Below, piece by piece: positions 21,551 to 31,314 of a DNA stretch of 64,000 bases. Made by a program: the position numbers and the translations under genes. Within the stretch, counting starts at the first letter, position 1, and each line of letters begins with the position of its first letter. This DNA comes from an uncultured Planctomycetaceae bacterium (GTDB lineage Bacteria > Planctomycetota > Planctomycetia > Planctomycetales > Planctomycetaceae): contig CAWFAK010000017.1 of the NCBI GenBank assembly GCA_963813715.1, forward strand, positions 96,001 through 160,000, given 5' to 3'. The notes below the pieces were generated by a model that was not told the DNA's origin, did not search any database, and saw only the letters and a list, made by a program, of their open reading frames with translations.

Positions 21551-23131
21551 TCATGGCGTGGCCGCCGCCTCATTTCGAGCCGGCGCGTCCGTATTTTTCT
21601 GGGACGCTGCGTCTTTCTGAGCCGCCGCGAGCTTCTGCGCAGGCGCGTCTTTCTGAGCCGATCCGTCTTTCTGAGGTTGAGACTCCATCTCCGTCAGGGC
21701 CGACTTCAGCTCGCCCACACCGGTGCCTAGAATTCGTTCGCCGGGCAACAGCGGCTGCTTGGGCTGCAGGCCCAGTTCCTGCTCCTCGACCGTGAGCTGC
21801 TCGTCCTTGGCGAACGGCCGGCTGCGGACGAAGACCGATTTTTCAAAGCGCCGCACCAGTTCCACCCGGTGCATCGTGTAGTACTGTTTTTGCGGATCCG
21901 TCTCGACAAAAACGATGCTTTGCTGGCCGTCATCGCCCACGGCCGAGGGCGGCACCTCGACAACGTCCTGTGGGGGCGGCAGCTGCACCTTGGCGGAAAT
22001 CATCTTCCCGGCCAAGAGGCGGCCTTCCTTATTGTCGATGTGTCCTTTGACCTTCGCCGTGTGATCGTTGGGGTCGATGATGTAACTGATGTCATCGATG
22101 AAGCCCTCCAGGGGCGTGCTGCCGACGGTGGTGATCGTCCAGCGCCGCGCCCGTTCGGGCAGGGCTTGCAGCGCCGGCAGATCGTCCTCGGGACAGTTGG
22201 CCACGACGGACAGCCGCGGGCCGCCGCCGTCCGGGTCCAGCTTGGCGATCTGAAACAGGTTGATGGTGTTGTCCGAGACGACCGTGTGGGCGGTGATGTT
22301 CTGCTCGACGATGATGCCGTCGTCCGGGGCCTTGATCTCCACGCGGGCCCAACGGTCGAAATTGGCTTTGTCGCGCTGCTTGAGCCGTTTTTCCGCGTCC
22401 TCTGGCTTGACCTTCTCGGCCTCCTCACGGACGGCCTGAACGTCTTCCTCGGGGATGCCCCACGTCCGCAACGTGCTGACAGCCCGATTGAGGGCGTTGA
22501 TATCCCCTTGGACCGCTTTTTTCTGTTGCCAGAGCAGGATGTCTGGAACGACGGCCGCCTTGGCCTGCCATCGATCCAAAATCTGGACGTCGAGCTTGAG
22601 CTGGTAGATGGCATCGATGAGGTCGTTTTTCTTGTTGCCCACGTCGACACTGTAAAAGACGGCCAGCAGATTGCCCTTGGTCACCTTGTCGCCCGAACGC
22701 AGCTCGCGGCGATGGCTCGTCGTTGCCCCGGTCTTGAGGCGATCTTCTTCGATCGTCCCGATCTCGACGCACTGGGCCGAGGACGGAGATGGCGCGAACA
22801 GCGCGCGAATGGGGATCAGCCGCGTCGGGTCGAGCATGGTGGTGCCCGGCATGGGCAAGTCGCGCGTGCGCGTCGGCTTGACGGCGGTGACGATGTTGTC
22901 GACGTTGTCTTTGCGAATGCCGAGCGTCGTCCGCACGTCGGGTGGCACGAACAGCGTGTGCGGTTGGCCTGGCACGAGCTCGACGCCCAAGCCGGACTTG
23001 GTTTCCGGATCCTCATTCCGCTCTTCGCGGTCGGCCGCCAGTTTTTGCAATCCGACTACCCCGCCCACCAGCAGGGCGGCGAAGAGAATCATGCCAATCG
23101 TCTTGACGGACTTCAGCTGTAACACCCGCAT
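21551..23131 (-). CDS. RND efflux periplasmic adaptor (membrane fusion protein)
   Basis: N-terminal anchor; lipoyl-like halves GDKVTKGNLL and IKAPDDGIIVE; IDPNDHTAKVKG; directly upstream of the RND permease. Confidence 0.88.
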   Translation of the reverse strand: MRVLQLKSVKTIGMILFAALLVGGVVGLQKLAADREERNEDPETKSGLGVELVPGQPHTLFVPPDVRTTLGIRKDNVDNIVTAVKPTRTRDLPMPGTTMLDPTRLIPIRALFAPSPSSAQCVEIGTIEEDRLKTGATTSHRRELRSGDKVTKGNLLAVFYSVDVGNKKNDLIDAIYQLKLDVQILDRWQAKAAVVPDILLWQQKKAVQGDINALNRAVSTLRTWGIPEEDVQAVREEAEKVKPEDAEKRLKQRDKANFDRWARVEIKAPDDGIIVEQNITAHTVVSDNTINLFQIAKLDPDGGGPRLSVVANCPEDDLPALQALPERARRWTITTVGSTPLEGFIDDISYIIDPNDHTAKVKGHIDNKEGRLLAGKMISAKVQLPPPQDVVEVPPSAVGDDGQQSIVFVETDPQKQYYTMHRVELVRRFEKSVFVRSRPFAKDEQLTVEEQELGLQPKQPLLPGERILGTGVGELKSALTEMESQPQKDGSAQKDAPAQKLAAAQKDAASQKNTDAPARNEAAATP

Positions 23132-23192
23132 GGGAATTCCTCAGGGCTCGAAACCGGACCGGGCTCGAAACCGGGCCGGCGGACTTAATGGT

Positions 23193-23666
23193 TCATCGAC
23201 GGGCGACGCGTGCTTGCGGCGAGGCGGCTTCCGTTGCCACCTCAGTTGCCTCGGACTCAACTAAGGCAGATTCGCGTAACGCGGCGTCGATCGTGCGGCG
23301 CAGTTCGGGCAGATCAATCGATTTCGTGACCAATCGTTCTCCGCGGCTGGGCAGGTCGGATTTTTCCAGGCGGTGCGTTGTAAGCAAGATCACCGGCACC
23401 CTGGCTTCCGTTGACCGGATCGTCTCCGCGAGTTTCAATCCCCTGCCATCCCGCAATCCGGCGTCGACCAGCACGAGCTGCGGGCGGCCGGCTTGCATCT
23501 GCTGCAGCGCCTCGGCTACCGTCCGCACGTGGAGGGCGATCCGCCCGTCGAACGTGAGGACCCGCGCCAGCACCTGGCCGAGGACCTCGTCATCCTCCAC
23601 GATCAGAATGGTGCGGGGACGAATCGTGGCGGGCAGGAGGGTGGCGGGAGTTGAGGAGACCGGCAT
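23193..23666 (-). CDS. Single-domain response regulator (receiver only)
   Basis: ILIVEDD, LVLVDAGL (phospho-Asp), ILLTT, VTKSID. Confidence 0.85.
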   Translation of the reverse strand: MPVSSTPATLLPATIRPRTILIVEDDEVLGQVLARVLTFDGRIALHVRTVAEALQQMQAGRPQLVLVDAGLRDGRGLKLAETIRSTEARVPVILLTTHRLEKSDLPSRGERLVTKSIDLPELRRTIDAALRESALVESEATEVATEAASPQARVARR

Positions 23667-23735
23667 GACAACCGCACACCATCCGAACCGTAACGGGGAT
23701 CGACGGTTCAAGCGCAAAACCGCCAAAGCGTCCTC

Positions 23736-23752
23736 AGCACTTCGGATGCCAA
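23736..23752 (-). promoter_or_regulatory. Predicted sigma54 (-24/-12) promoter
   Basis: Minus strand TTGGCATCCGAAGTGCT = GG-N10-GC in a TGGCA...TGC context, about 70 nt upstream of ATG 23666. Confidence 0.7.
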
Positions 23753-23930
23753 CGGCCGGAGTGTGTCGGCGGCTTCATCAAACGGGCATCAGTTGGGATG
23801 ATTTCGACGAATTGTGACTGGTTTTTAAGCGAGTCGACCATCAAGCTCTGGTCAACTCGACCAATTCCTTCTCTCGAATCTGTCCATCGAGACCAGAAAC
23901 TATACAGGGCTGCTAGGAACACGAGCCGTC

Positions 23931-24137
23931 ATGAATCAACACCACGACCATCCGGGCCATCACCATCACGATCACGCAGGTCATCACCCCGAGGAAAAGC
24001 CGGGTCGTCAGTTCCATAAAGACTGGCGCGTGTGGCTCGCGGTTGTCGTGATCCTGGCCGCGCTGGGGATCTACGTCCTCACCAATGGCGAAGTTCTCCG
24101 CCCAGCGCCGCCGCCGCAACCGCCCGCCGCGAAGTAA
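23931..24137 (+). CDS. His-rich single-TM small protein (68 aa)
   Basis: MNQHHDHPGHHHHDHAGHH..., TM WRVWLAVVVILAALGIYVL, Pro-rich tail; AGGAA upstream. Confidence 0.8.
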   Translation: MNQHHDHPGHHHHDHAGHHPEEKPGRQFHKDWRVWLAVVVILAALGIYVLTNGEVLRPAPPPQPPAAK

Positions 24138-24193
24138 GACTCGCTATGTGCCACCCACCTTCTGGCGGCGATCCGTCGGCACGCGCGATTCCT

Positions 24194-24886
24194 TCACACG
24201 GTGCGCGTGGGCTCGTGCTCACCGCCGATGGCTGGAGCCGGCACCGGGGCCGCTGTTACGTGATGCGCATGATGCCCATGCTCGCCGGCAACCGGCAAGT
24301 GCCAGCCGCGGCGGACAGCGATCAAGCGCAGGCTGAAGCACAAGGTCGCTCCGAGAAAGGCCGCGATCGCCGACGGAATTTGGATCTGGTTTCCCAGCAC
24401 GACAATCGTCGCTCCGCCTCGCGCGGCTACCGCGTACAGCTCGGCCCGCAACACGACGGGAACTTCCGCCAGCAAGATGTCCCGGGCCATGCCGCCGCCG
24501 ATGCCCGTCAGCATTCCCAAGACGGCCGCCGGCGCGGGATGCAGTCCAAAGGTCAGCGCTTTCTCCGCCCCCGCCACGGCGAACAGCGCAAGCCCGGCCG
24601 CATCGAAGATCAGCACCGGATGCTTCAATCGCTCCACAAATCCGTCGGCGAAAAAGACCACGATGCCAGCCAGCAGAGATACGACTCCGTACCGCCAATC
24701 CCGCACGGCGACCGGCGGCACGTCGCCGATCATCAAATCTCGCGCGATGCCCCCCGCGGTCGCCGCCGCGAACGACAACACCAGCACCCCGAATAAATCG
24801 AGCTTACGCCGCACCCCGGCGGCGGCGCCGCTGATGGCAAACACAAACGTCCCGCAGAAATCGAGCACGGACAAGAGCGTGATCAT
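24194..24886 (-). CDS. UPF0126/TRIC-like (YadS family) membrane protein with His-rich tail
   Basis: LDFCGTFVFAISGA, GGIARD, FDAAGLALFAVAGA, GGGMARD, ELYA duplicated-repeat pattern; tail EHGHHAHH. Confidence 0.9.
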   Translation of the reverse strand: MITLLSVLDFCGTFVFAISGAAAGVRRKLDLFGVLVLSFAAATAGGIARDLMIGDVPPVAVRDWRYGVVSLLAGIVVFFADGFVERLKHPVLIFDAAGLALFAVAGAEKALTFGLHPAPAAVLGMLTGIGGGMARDILLAEVPVVLRAELYAVAARGGATIVVLGNQIQIPSAIAAFLGATLCFSLRLIAVRRGWHLPVAGEHGHHAHHVTAAPVPAPAIGGEHEPTRTV

Positions 24887-24979
24887 GGACGGCTCCGAGG
24901 CGCGAGTCACTCGACCGAGCGCGCTGCTCGGCACGGACGGCATCTGCCGTAGAGGATAAAACTCGGTCCGCGCGGCCGT

Positions 24980-26249
24980 CTACTTGGCACTTTTCAACTT
25001 GAGAATCAGGCGGGTGCCTCGGCCGGCTATTGAATCGAACTGCAGAGTGCCGCCCATCAACTCGGCACGGTGCCGCATGATCCGCAGGCCCATCCCCGAG
25101 TTCCCGGCGGGATCTTTGGGCAGGCCGCGCCCGTTGTCTTCGACTGTGAGACGAAGGCCGTTGGTCTCTTCGAGCTTGATGAGGAGCTGGGTGGCGTTCG
25201 CGTGTCGGGCTGCATTGATTGTGGCTTCGCGGGCGATGAGGAACAGTTGGGTGGCCGTAAAGTTGCTTTCGATCGGTGGGGCGCTCTCGCATTCGCAGCG
25301 GCAAGAAATGCGGTAGATCGACGAGGTCTCTTTGGCAAGCTCCTCGAGAGCGATCCGCAGACCCTGCGAATCGACGTCGACCGGGAAGAGTCCCTTGGAG
25401 AGCGCGCGGATTTGCCTCTTGGCTTCCTCAATACTCGTCTCGAGCTTTTCGGACACTTCGGCGGACGTCCGCTCATTCTCCTGGTGATCCTTCAACGTCG
25501 CGGCCAGCACGCCGATCGCGGTCAGTTGCTGACCCAGCGTGTCGTGCAGCGCCCGGCCGAGCCGTTGGCGTTCTTGCTCGGTGAGGTCGGCCATTTCGTA
25601 CGCCAGCTGTTCCAACTGAGTCGTCCGTTGGGCGACGTCTTTTTCCAGCTGTACGCCGTAGTCCGTCAGGGCTTGTTCGCGCTCCCGACGATCGGTCACG
25701 TCCGTGATGATGATCACGACTCCGCCAATGTGACTATCGTCTGTGCGGTACGGAACGATTCGCTGCAAGTAGCTGCGGCCGGCGGTGTCTTGAATCTCCT
25801 TGGCGCGGGGCGTCAGGTCACGCAACACCCGCTGGGCATCCGGCAATAAGTCGTCGTCCGTGAAGTTTCTGGCAAGATCGCCGAGCGGTCGACCGATGTC
25901 GGATTGGATCACGCGGAAGAGTTTCGCGGTGGCATCCGTGAACCGCTTGATGCGCAGATCCGGGTCGAGCAGGATCGTGGCCACCTCGGTGATCGACAGT
26001 AGGTTGTCCAAGTCGCTATTAGTCGATTCCAGCTCGGCGACCTTTTGCGCGAGTTGGTGGTTGACGGTCTGCATCTCTTCGTTGAGTGACTGCAGGTCCT
26101 CATTGACCGAAGTGACCTCTTCCGCGATTCGCTGCGGCCAACCCGCGCGGGCCGTTCGACCGGCGCGGGGACGACCGTGGCCGGCGCTTCGCGGGCTTCG
26201 TTCGCCGGACGGACTTCTTGCCGCCCGGTGGCTTTTTTTTCTTCGCCAT
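24980..26249 (-). CDS. Soluble PAS-domain sensor histidine kinase (HisKA_3/NarX type); frameshift near 26125
   Basis: NEDLQSLNEEMQTVN coiled coil and PAS region (SDLDNLL...IKRFT...DIGRPLGDL), ERQRLGRALHDTLGQQL H-box, EATINAARHA, VEDNGRG, GMGLRIMRHRA; Lys-rich start MAKKKKPPGGKK at 26249. Confidence 0.88.
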
Positions 26250-26630
26250 GCTGCTGCCGCTCGCGGCACAGAGAGACGATTCGCCGAGCACGCGGCGAAC
26301 GGTCTGGTCCGCAGCCGGATCTTATCCCCGCCGAGCCGGGGGTTCAAAGAGACGCCACGCCGCCGGTCGCGACTCCGCCGGACAAGCCTTAGCCGTGCCG
26401 CCCGACCTGCGTCATTTCTCGTACGGCGGGGGGCTTTGGCGACGGCGCGGCTCCCCGCGGCCGACGGTCCCTCTCTCCCGGGGGTAGCTGCGGCCTTGCT
26501 GTTGACCAAATGAGCAAATTTGGCGAAACAGGCGACCGTTTCGAGCCTCCTTTGGCGTTTGCGAAACCGTTCGTCTGTCCGCTCCGTCGGGCTCCGCACC
26601 TGCGATCGCCCGAGGCCAATCCCGAGATCG

Positions 26631-27506
26631 CGATGAAGAACGAAGCCCTCAAAAGCCAGTCGCCTGTCCCTTCCGTCCCGACGGCCGATGCGGCGGCATC
26701 CGCCGGCGATCTGCGGCCTTCGCTGCGGCTGGCCGGCACGCCCCAGCTTTCGCAGGAAGAATACGAACGCGTGCTGCAGCAGGTGGCCTCCGAGCTGTTT
26801 CTCAATGACGAGCAATATCGCAAGTCCGTCGTGCTCCGCGAGGTCCGCAAGGTTGTGCTCGGCTGGGGGACGGCGATCGGCATCGGCAGCCTGATCGCCG
26901 TGATGACGCTCTATATCAACGCGCGTGACGCGCTCAAGCAGACCACGACGACGGAATTGTCGAAGGCGGTCAAGGACCACGTGGCGTCGCGGAGCGAGTT
27001 GCTCAACGACTCGATCAAGTCGCTTACCACAACGGCGATCGGACAGATCGTGCACGTGCAGAAGGAATTGGAAGGCGCCGAGAGCGCCCTCGACCGGTCC
27101 GAGCAGCAGCTGGCTCTCGCCAATCAGCAGAGCGCCGATTTGCAGCGACGCATCGCCAGCATCTCGGAGACGCTCAAGCTGGTCCAACAGAACGCGGCCT
27201 GGTTGGGAGACATTCAAAACGCCCAGCGCGTTGCCAGCTTCATCCGCACGCTGTCGCAGGAGCGGAATGCCAAGGCGGTCGGCGATCTGCTGGTGCGGAT
27301 CGATCGCGTCGAAGCCCTGCAGATTGAAAGTGAAATCGTCCGGACAGCCGCAAGCAACGAGGCGCAGCGCCGCCGCGATTGCCGCCGACATGACTCGCCT
27401 CATCTTGAACGCGCCGAAAGAGCAGCAGGGGAAAGTCGACCCGGTCAAGAGCCATGCCTTCGATAAGTGGGACGCCTACATCAAGACGGCCGATCCGCCG
27501 AAGTGA
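26631..27506 (+). CDS. Hypothetical single-TM coiled-coil protein; frameshift near 27370
   Basis: TM VVLGWGTAIGIGSLIAVMTLYI followed by a heptad-rich helix; C-terminus continues in ORF 26925..27506. Confidence 0.6.
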
Positions 27507-27623
27507 CCGGCGGACGCGAGGGGCGGTGGTCCGAATCGCCCGGCGACTGCTAAAGTTGGGTAATCGGGCCGCGAAATCGCGCGGTCCGAGCCGTGGAGGC
27601 ATCCCAGCATGACATCACCCAGC

Positions 27624-28719
27624 ATGGCAGCGACTGCTCGTCTTTCTTCGGTCAGTCCTGCGCGTACGGGCGGCCGCGTTCTGCGCGAAATATGGGATGC
27701 GCATGCCGATCCTGATGGCGCCGATGGCCGGCGCCTGCCCGGCGACTCTCGCTGCCGCGGTGGCCAACGCGGGCGGGATGGGAGCGATGGGAGCCCTCGT
27801 CAGCCCACCGGCCGCCATTCGCACGTGGGTTGAGCAATTTCGCTCGGCAGGTGGCGAGGCGTGCCAACTCAACACGTGGATTCCCGACCCTCCGCCGCGC
27901 CGTGATGCCGAGGCCGAAGCCCGCGTCCGCGAGTTCCTCGCCTCGTGGGGACCGCCTGTCGCCGCCAACGCGGGGGACGTCGCCCCGCCCGACATGAACG
28001 CGCAGGTCGAAGTCTTCCTTGAACTGAAGCCGACGATCGTCTCCTCGATCATGGGGCTTTACCCGCCCGAGTATGTCTCGCGACTCAAGCAAAACGGCAT
28101 CGCCTGGTTCGCCACGGCGACGACACTCGACGAAGCCCGCCAGGCCGAAGCCGCGGGGGCTGATGCCATCATCGCTCAAGGGGCAGAGGCTGGCGGCCAC
28201 CGCGGATCGTTTGACCAGGCGGCAGCCGAGCGACAACTCGTCGGGCTTTTTGCGTTGCTTCCGCGACTGGCCGATCACGTCGGCATTCCGATCATCGCGG
28301 CCGGCGGGATCGGCGACGGTCGCGGCGTGGCGGCGGCGCTCGTGCTTGGCGCGAGTGCGGCAATGGTCGGCACTGCCCTGCTCCGCTGCCCGGAAGCCAA
28401 AACGCATCCGGCTTGGGCCGCCGCGCTCGATCAGCTCGAGCCGGAAGGCACGACGCTGACCCGCGCGTTCACCGGACGTCTGGGCCGCGCGATCGCCACC
28501 AACTACGTCAAAGCGGCCGCCGCGCCGGGCGCTCCACCGCCCTCGCCCTACCCAGTGCAACGCGGATTGACGGGCGCGATGAAGGAAGCGGGCGCCGCCG
28601 CCAACGACGTGCACCGCATGCAGGCCTGGGCCGGCCAATCCGCGGCGCTGGCCAAACCAATCCCCGCCGGCGACCTCGTGCGACAAATCTGGGACGAAGC
28701 TCAAGCGCTCTTGGCGTGA
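27624..28719 (+). CDS. Nitronate monooxygenase family FMN oxidoreductase; probable frameshift near 27668
   Basis: [49 protein letters not shown]. Confidence 0.92.
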
Positions 28720-28738
28720 GCGCGATTGCTACGGCCGC

Positions 28739-30127
28739 TCACGGTTTCGGAAGCTGCTTCAGGTGATAGGACTTCACGCGCGTCAGCGTCGAATAGCCCA
28801 GGGCCGAGAGGGTGATGCCGCGGCCCGTTTCTTTGACGCCCGTCCACGCCAGTGCCGGATCGAGATAGTCGCAACGGTTCATGAAAACGGTGCCCGTCTC
28901 GATCTGTTCGCCGATGCGTTCGGCAGCGTCGACGTCCTGTGTCCAAATCGAGGCGGTCAGACCGTAGGGGCTGTCGTTCATCAGGCGGATGGCCTCTTCG
29001 TCTGAGTCAACGGGCATCACGCCGACCACCGGGCCGAACGTCTCGTCGCGCATCACGGCCATCTCGTGGTTCACATTTACTAGAACCTTCGGTGCGAGAT
29101 ACGGGGAACCGGGCTTATCAGGGGGAAACGTATTGGGCGGCACGAGACGCCGGGCCCCCTGTGCGACGGCCTCGTCAATTTGCTTTCGCACAAAGTCGGC
29201 GGCCGTCCCGCGAACCATCGGGCCGAGCGTGGTTTCCGGATCGAGCGGATTGCCGAGCACGTATTTCGACGCGAATTCGACGATGCCGGCGACCACGCGA
29301 TCGAAGTGCCGTTTGTGCACGTAGACTCGTTCGACCGCGCAGCACGACTGCCCCGAGTTGAAAAACGCCCCGTCGGCGATGTTCTCGATCGCGTAGGGCA
29401 AGTCGGCGTCGGCCCGCACGTACGCCGGGTCCTTTCCGCCCAATTCGAGACCTGTGCCGATGAACGTGCCGGCGGCCGCCGTTTCGATCTGGCGGCCGCC
29501 CGCGACCGAGCCGGTGAAATTCACCTGGTGCACGCGGCCCGAGCGGATGATCTGCCCCGTTTGCTCATGATCGAGCACCAGGTTACGAAACAGCCCCGGC
29601 GGCAACTCGGCCCGATCGAAGGCGACCTGAAACCGCTCGCCCACGAGCAACGTCTGCGCCGCGTGTTTCAGCAGCACGGCATTCCCCGCCATTAGCGCCG
29701 GCACGACAGAATTGACCGCCGACAAATATGGATAATTCCAAGGCGCGATCACGAACACAGTGCCGAGCGGCTCGCGTCGCACAAAGCGGCGAAAACCGTC
29801 GACGGGCACGGGACAATGATCGGCCAGCGCGCTCGGCGCGATCTCGATCATGTGCCGGGCCCGCTCCGCCGTCCGCAACACTTCGTTGCGACCATACCGC
29901 ACGGGTCGACCCATCTGCCGCGCCAGCTCCGCGGCGATTTCGTCGGCCATTGCCACGAGCGCATCGACGGCCCGCAGACAGAACCGCGCCCGCTCGGCGA
30001 CGGGGGTGGCGCTCCACTGCCGCTGCGCCGTTTGCGCGACCTTGAGTGCAGCATCAACCTCGGACTGCGTGGCCAAGGACCGTTCGGCGACAACCGAGCC
30101 ATCGATCGGCGAGATGATTTTGACCAT
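28739..30127 (-). CDS. Aldehyde dehydrogenase
   Basis: PWNYP, FTGSVAGG, LELGGKDP (Glu), NSGQSCCA (Cys), ETFGPV. Confidence 0.95.
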   Translation of the reverse strand: MVKIISPIDGSVVAERSLATQSEVDAALKVAQTAQRQWSATPVAERARFCLRAVDALVAMADEIAAELARQMGRPVRYGRNEVLRTAERARHMIEIAPSALADHCPVPVDGFRRFVRREPLGTVFVIAPWNYPYLSAVNSVVPALMAGNAVLLKHAAQTLLVGERFQVAFDRAELPPGLFRNLVLDHEQTGQIIRSGRVHQVNFTGSVAGGRQIETAAAGTFIGTGLELGGKDPAYVRADADLPYAIENIADGAFFNSGQSCCAVERVYVHKRHFDRVVAGIVEFASKYVLGNPLDPETTLGPMVRGTAADFVRKQIDEAVAQGARRLVPPNTFPPDKPGSPYLAPKVLVNVNHEMAVMRDETFGPVVGVMPVDSDEEAIRLMNDSPYGLTASIWTQDVDAAERIGEQIETGTVFMNRCDYLDPALAWTGVKETGRGITLSALGYSTLTRVKSYHLKQLPKP

Positions 30128-30261
30128 AATTCCTGTGTGAATTCCGTAAGCGATCCGGGTGACTCGCGAAGATTATAGCGAATGGCAAAGTCGATCGAGC
30201 CCGTCCGGTCGAACCGCGGACTCTACGAACGGTCGCGGCTGGAAGAGACGAAAGCCGTGAG

Positions 30262-31305
30262 CTAAGAGTGCGCTTTCACGGGAACCGCCGGTGGAGCGAA
30301 TGTTTTCAGCGTAATCATGCCCAGGTCGACCGGCCGCCGCTCGAGTTTTTCGCTGATCGGCGGCACCTCAAATGCGTAACCCATAACGAATAGCTTGCCG
30401 CCAATAAGAGGTACGCTTAGGTAGTATTTACCGGCCGGCACATCGTCGATGGAGAATTCTCCCCGATCGTCAACGGTGGCCAGAAAACTCAGCTCCCCCA
30501 ATCCGCCTCTTCGATCGCGGTGAATATCAATGTTAGCGTCACCCCACCGCGGCTCGGGCCCGCCTTCGGGCGCCTTCAGTCGTCCGATGACCGTGCGCCC
30601 TGCGTTGCCGAAGTCGATGCGGGTGGTCTTTCCCGCAAAAAAGTGGGCAGTCATCCGGCAGGTGGACGTCATTTCGCGGGGCTCGCTCGGTTTGCGATTG
30701 CGAATACTCCTAATGTAGCTCAGGCCGGGTAACACGTGCTCGAAGGCGTAGCGGCCGTGGGCGTCGGTTTTTTGTTGATTCGATGTTGTCAGGTGGGCGA
30801 CACCTTCGCCGATCCACAGGTTGGTGTGCCCTTCGATTCCCAGTTGCAGATTTGCACACGGTTGACGCGCGACCATGTACGTCCCTTCGGCTCTCGCCCA
30901 CGGCGACAGTGAGATCGTTTTCGGAGGAGACGTTCGCGTGCCCTTCACTTGGGCCCAGCCCGAAGGATGCACGGCGACCAACCAAAACTCGTCCGCGTCG
31001 GTCGTGAAATGCCAGTGACCGCTCTGGTCGGGCTTTGTCGGCAGCGGCAGGGGTGACTGGACGAGTTCGCCGTTAAAGACCGCGGCCGATTCACCGAGTT
31101 CGAGCAGAACGACCTTGGCATCGGTCACTGCCTTCCCGTCGCTGCCGACAACGGCAACCGTAACGTCCAACGATTTTCCGGACCCGGAAAAGACTCCGGT
31201 CGCATGCAATGCCTCAAAGCATAAGAGCACTCCGGCGACGACGATCACGATGCGGAATTTTGTCCTGCCCAACGATCGCCGAATTGAAATGTCCCGGTCG
31301 CTCAT
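30262..31305 (-). CDS. Secreted carboxypeptidase-regulatory-like domain protein, short form (array member C', 347 aa)
   Basis: Signal peptide; WLVAVHPSG, PWARAEGTY, TDAHGRYAFEHVLPG, FSIDDVPAGKY, RPVDLGMITL. Confidence 0.85.
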   Translation of the reverse strand: MSDRDISIRRSLGRTKFRIVIVVAGVLLCFEALHATGVFSGSGKSLDVTVAVVGSDGKAVTDAKVVLLELGESAAVFNGELVQSPLPLPTKPDQSGHWHFTTDADEFWLVAVHPSGWAQVKGTRTSPPKTISLSPWARAEGTYMVARQPCANLQLGIEGHTNLWIGEGVAHLTTSNQQKTDAHGRYAFEHVLPGLSYIRSIRNRKPSEPREMTSTCRMTAHFFAGKTTRIDFGNAGRTVIGRLKAPEGGPEPRWGDANIDIHRDRRGGLGELSFLATVDDRGEFSIDDVPAGKYYLSVPLIGGKLFVMGYAFEVPPISEKLERRPVDLGMITLKTFAPPAVPVKAHS

Positions 31306-31314
31306 GCGTCTCTT

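Noticed and set aside
19002..21620. Long antisense ORFs (also 51574..53988, 53889..56573, 57195..58919, 15008..16291)
   Set aside because: They mirror well-identified genes on the other strand; expected from high-GC codon bias; no motifs.
26250..27448. N-terminal 400 aa of the 822-aa kinase ORF
   Set aside because: Antisense shadow of the plus-strand coiled-coil gene; the kinase more plausibly starts at 26249.
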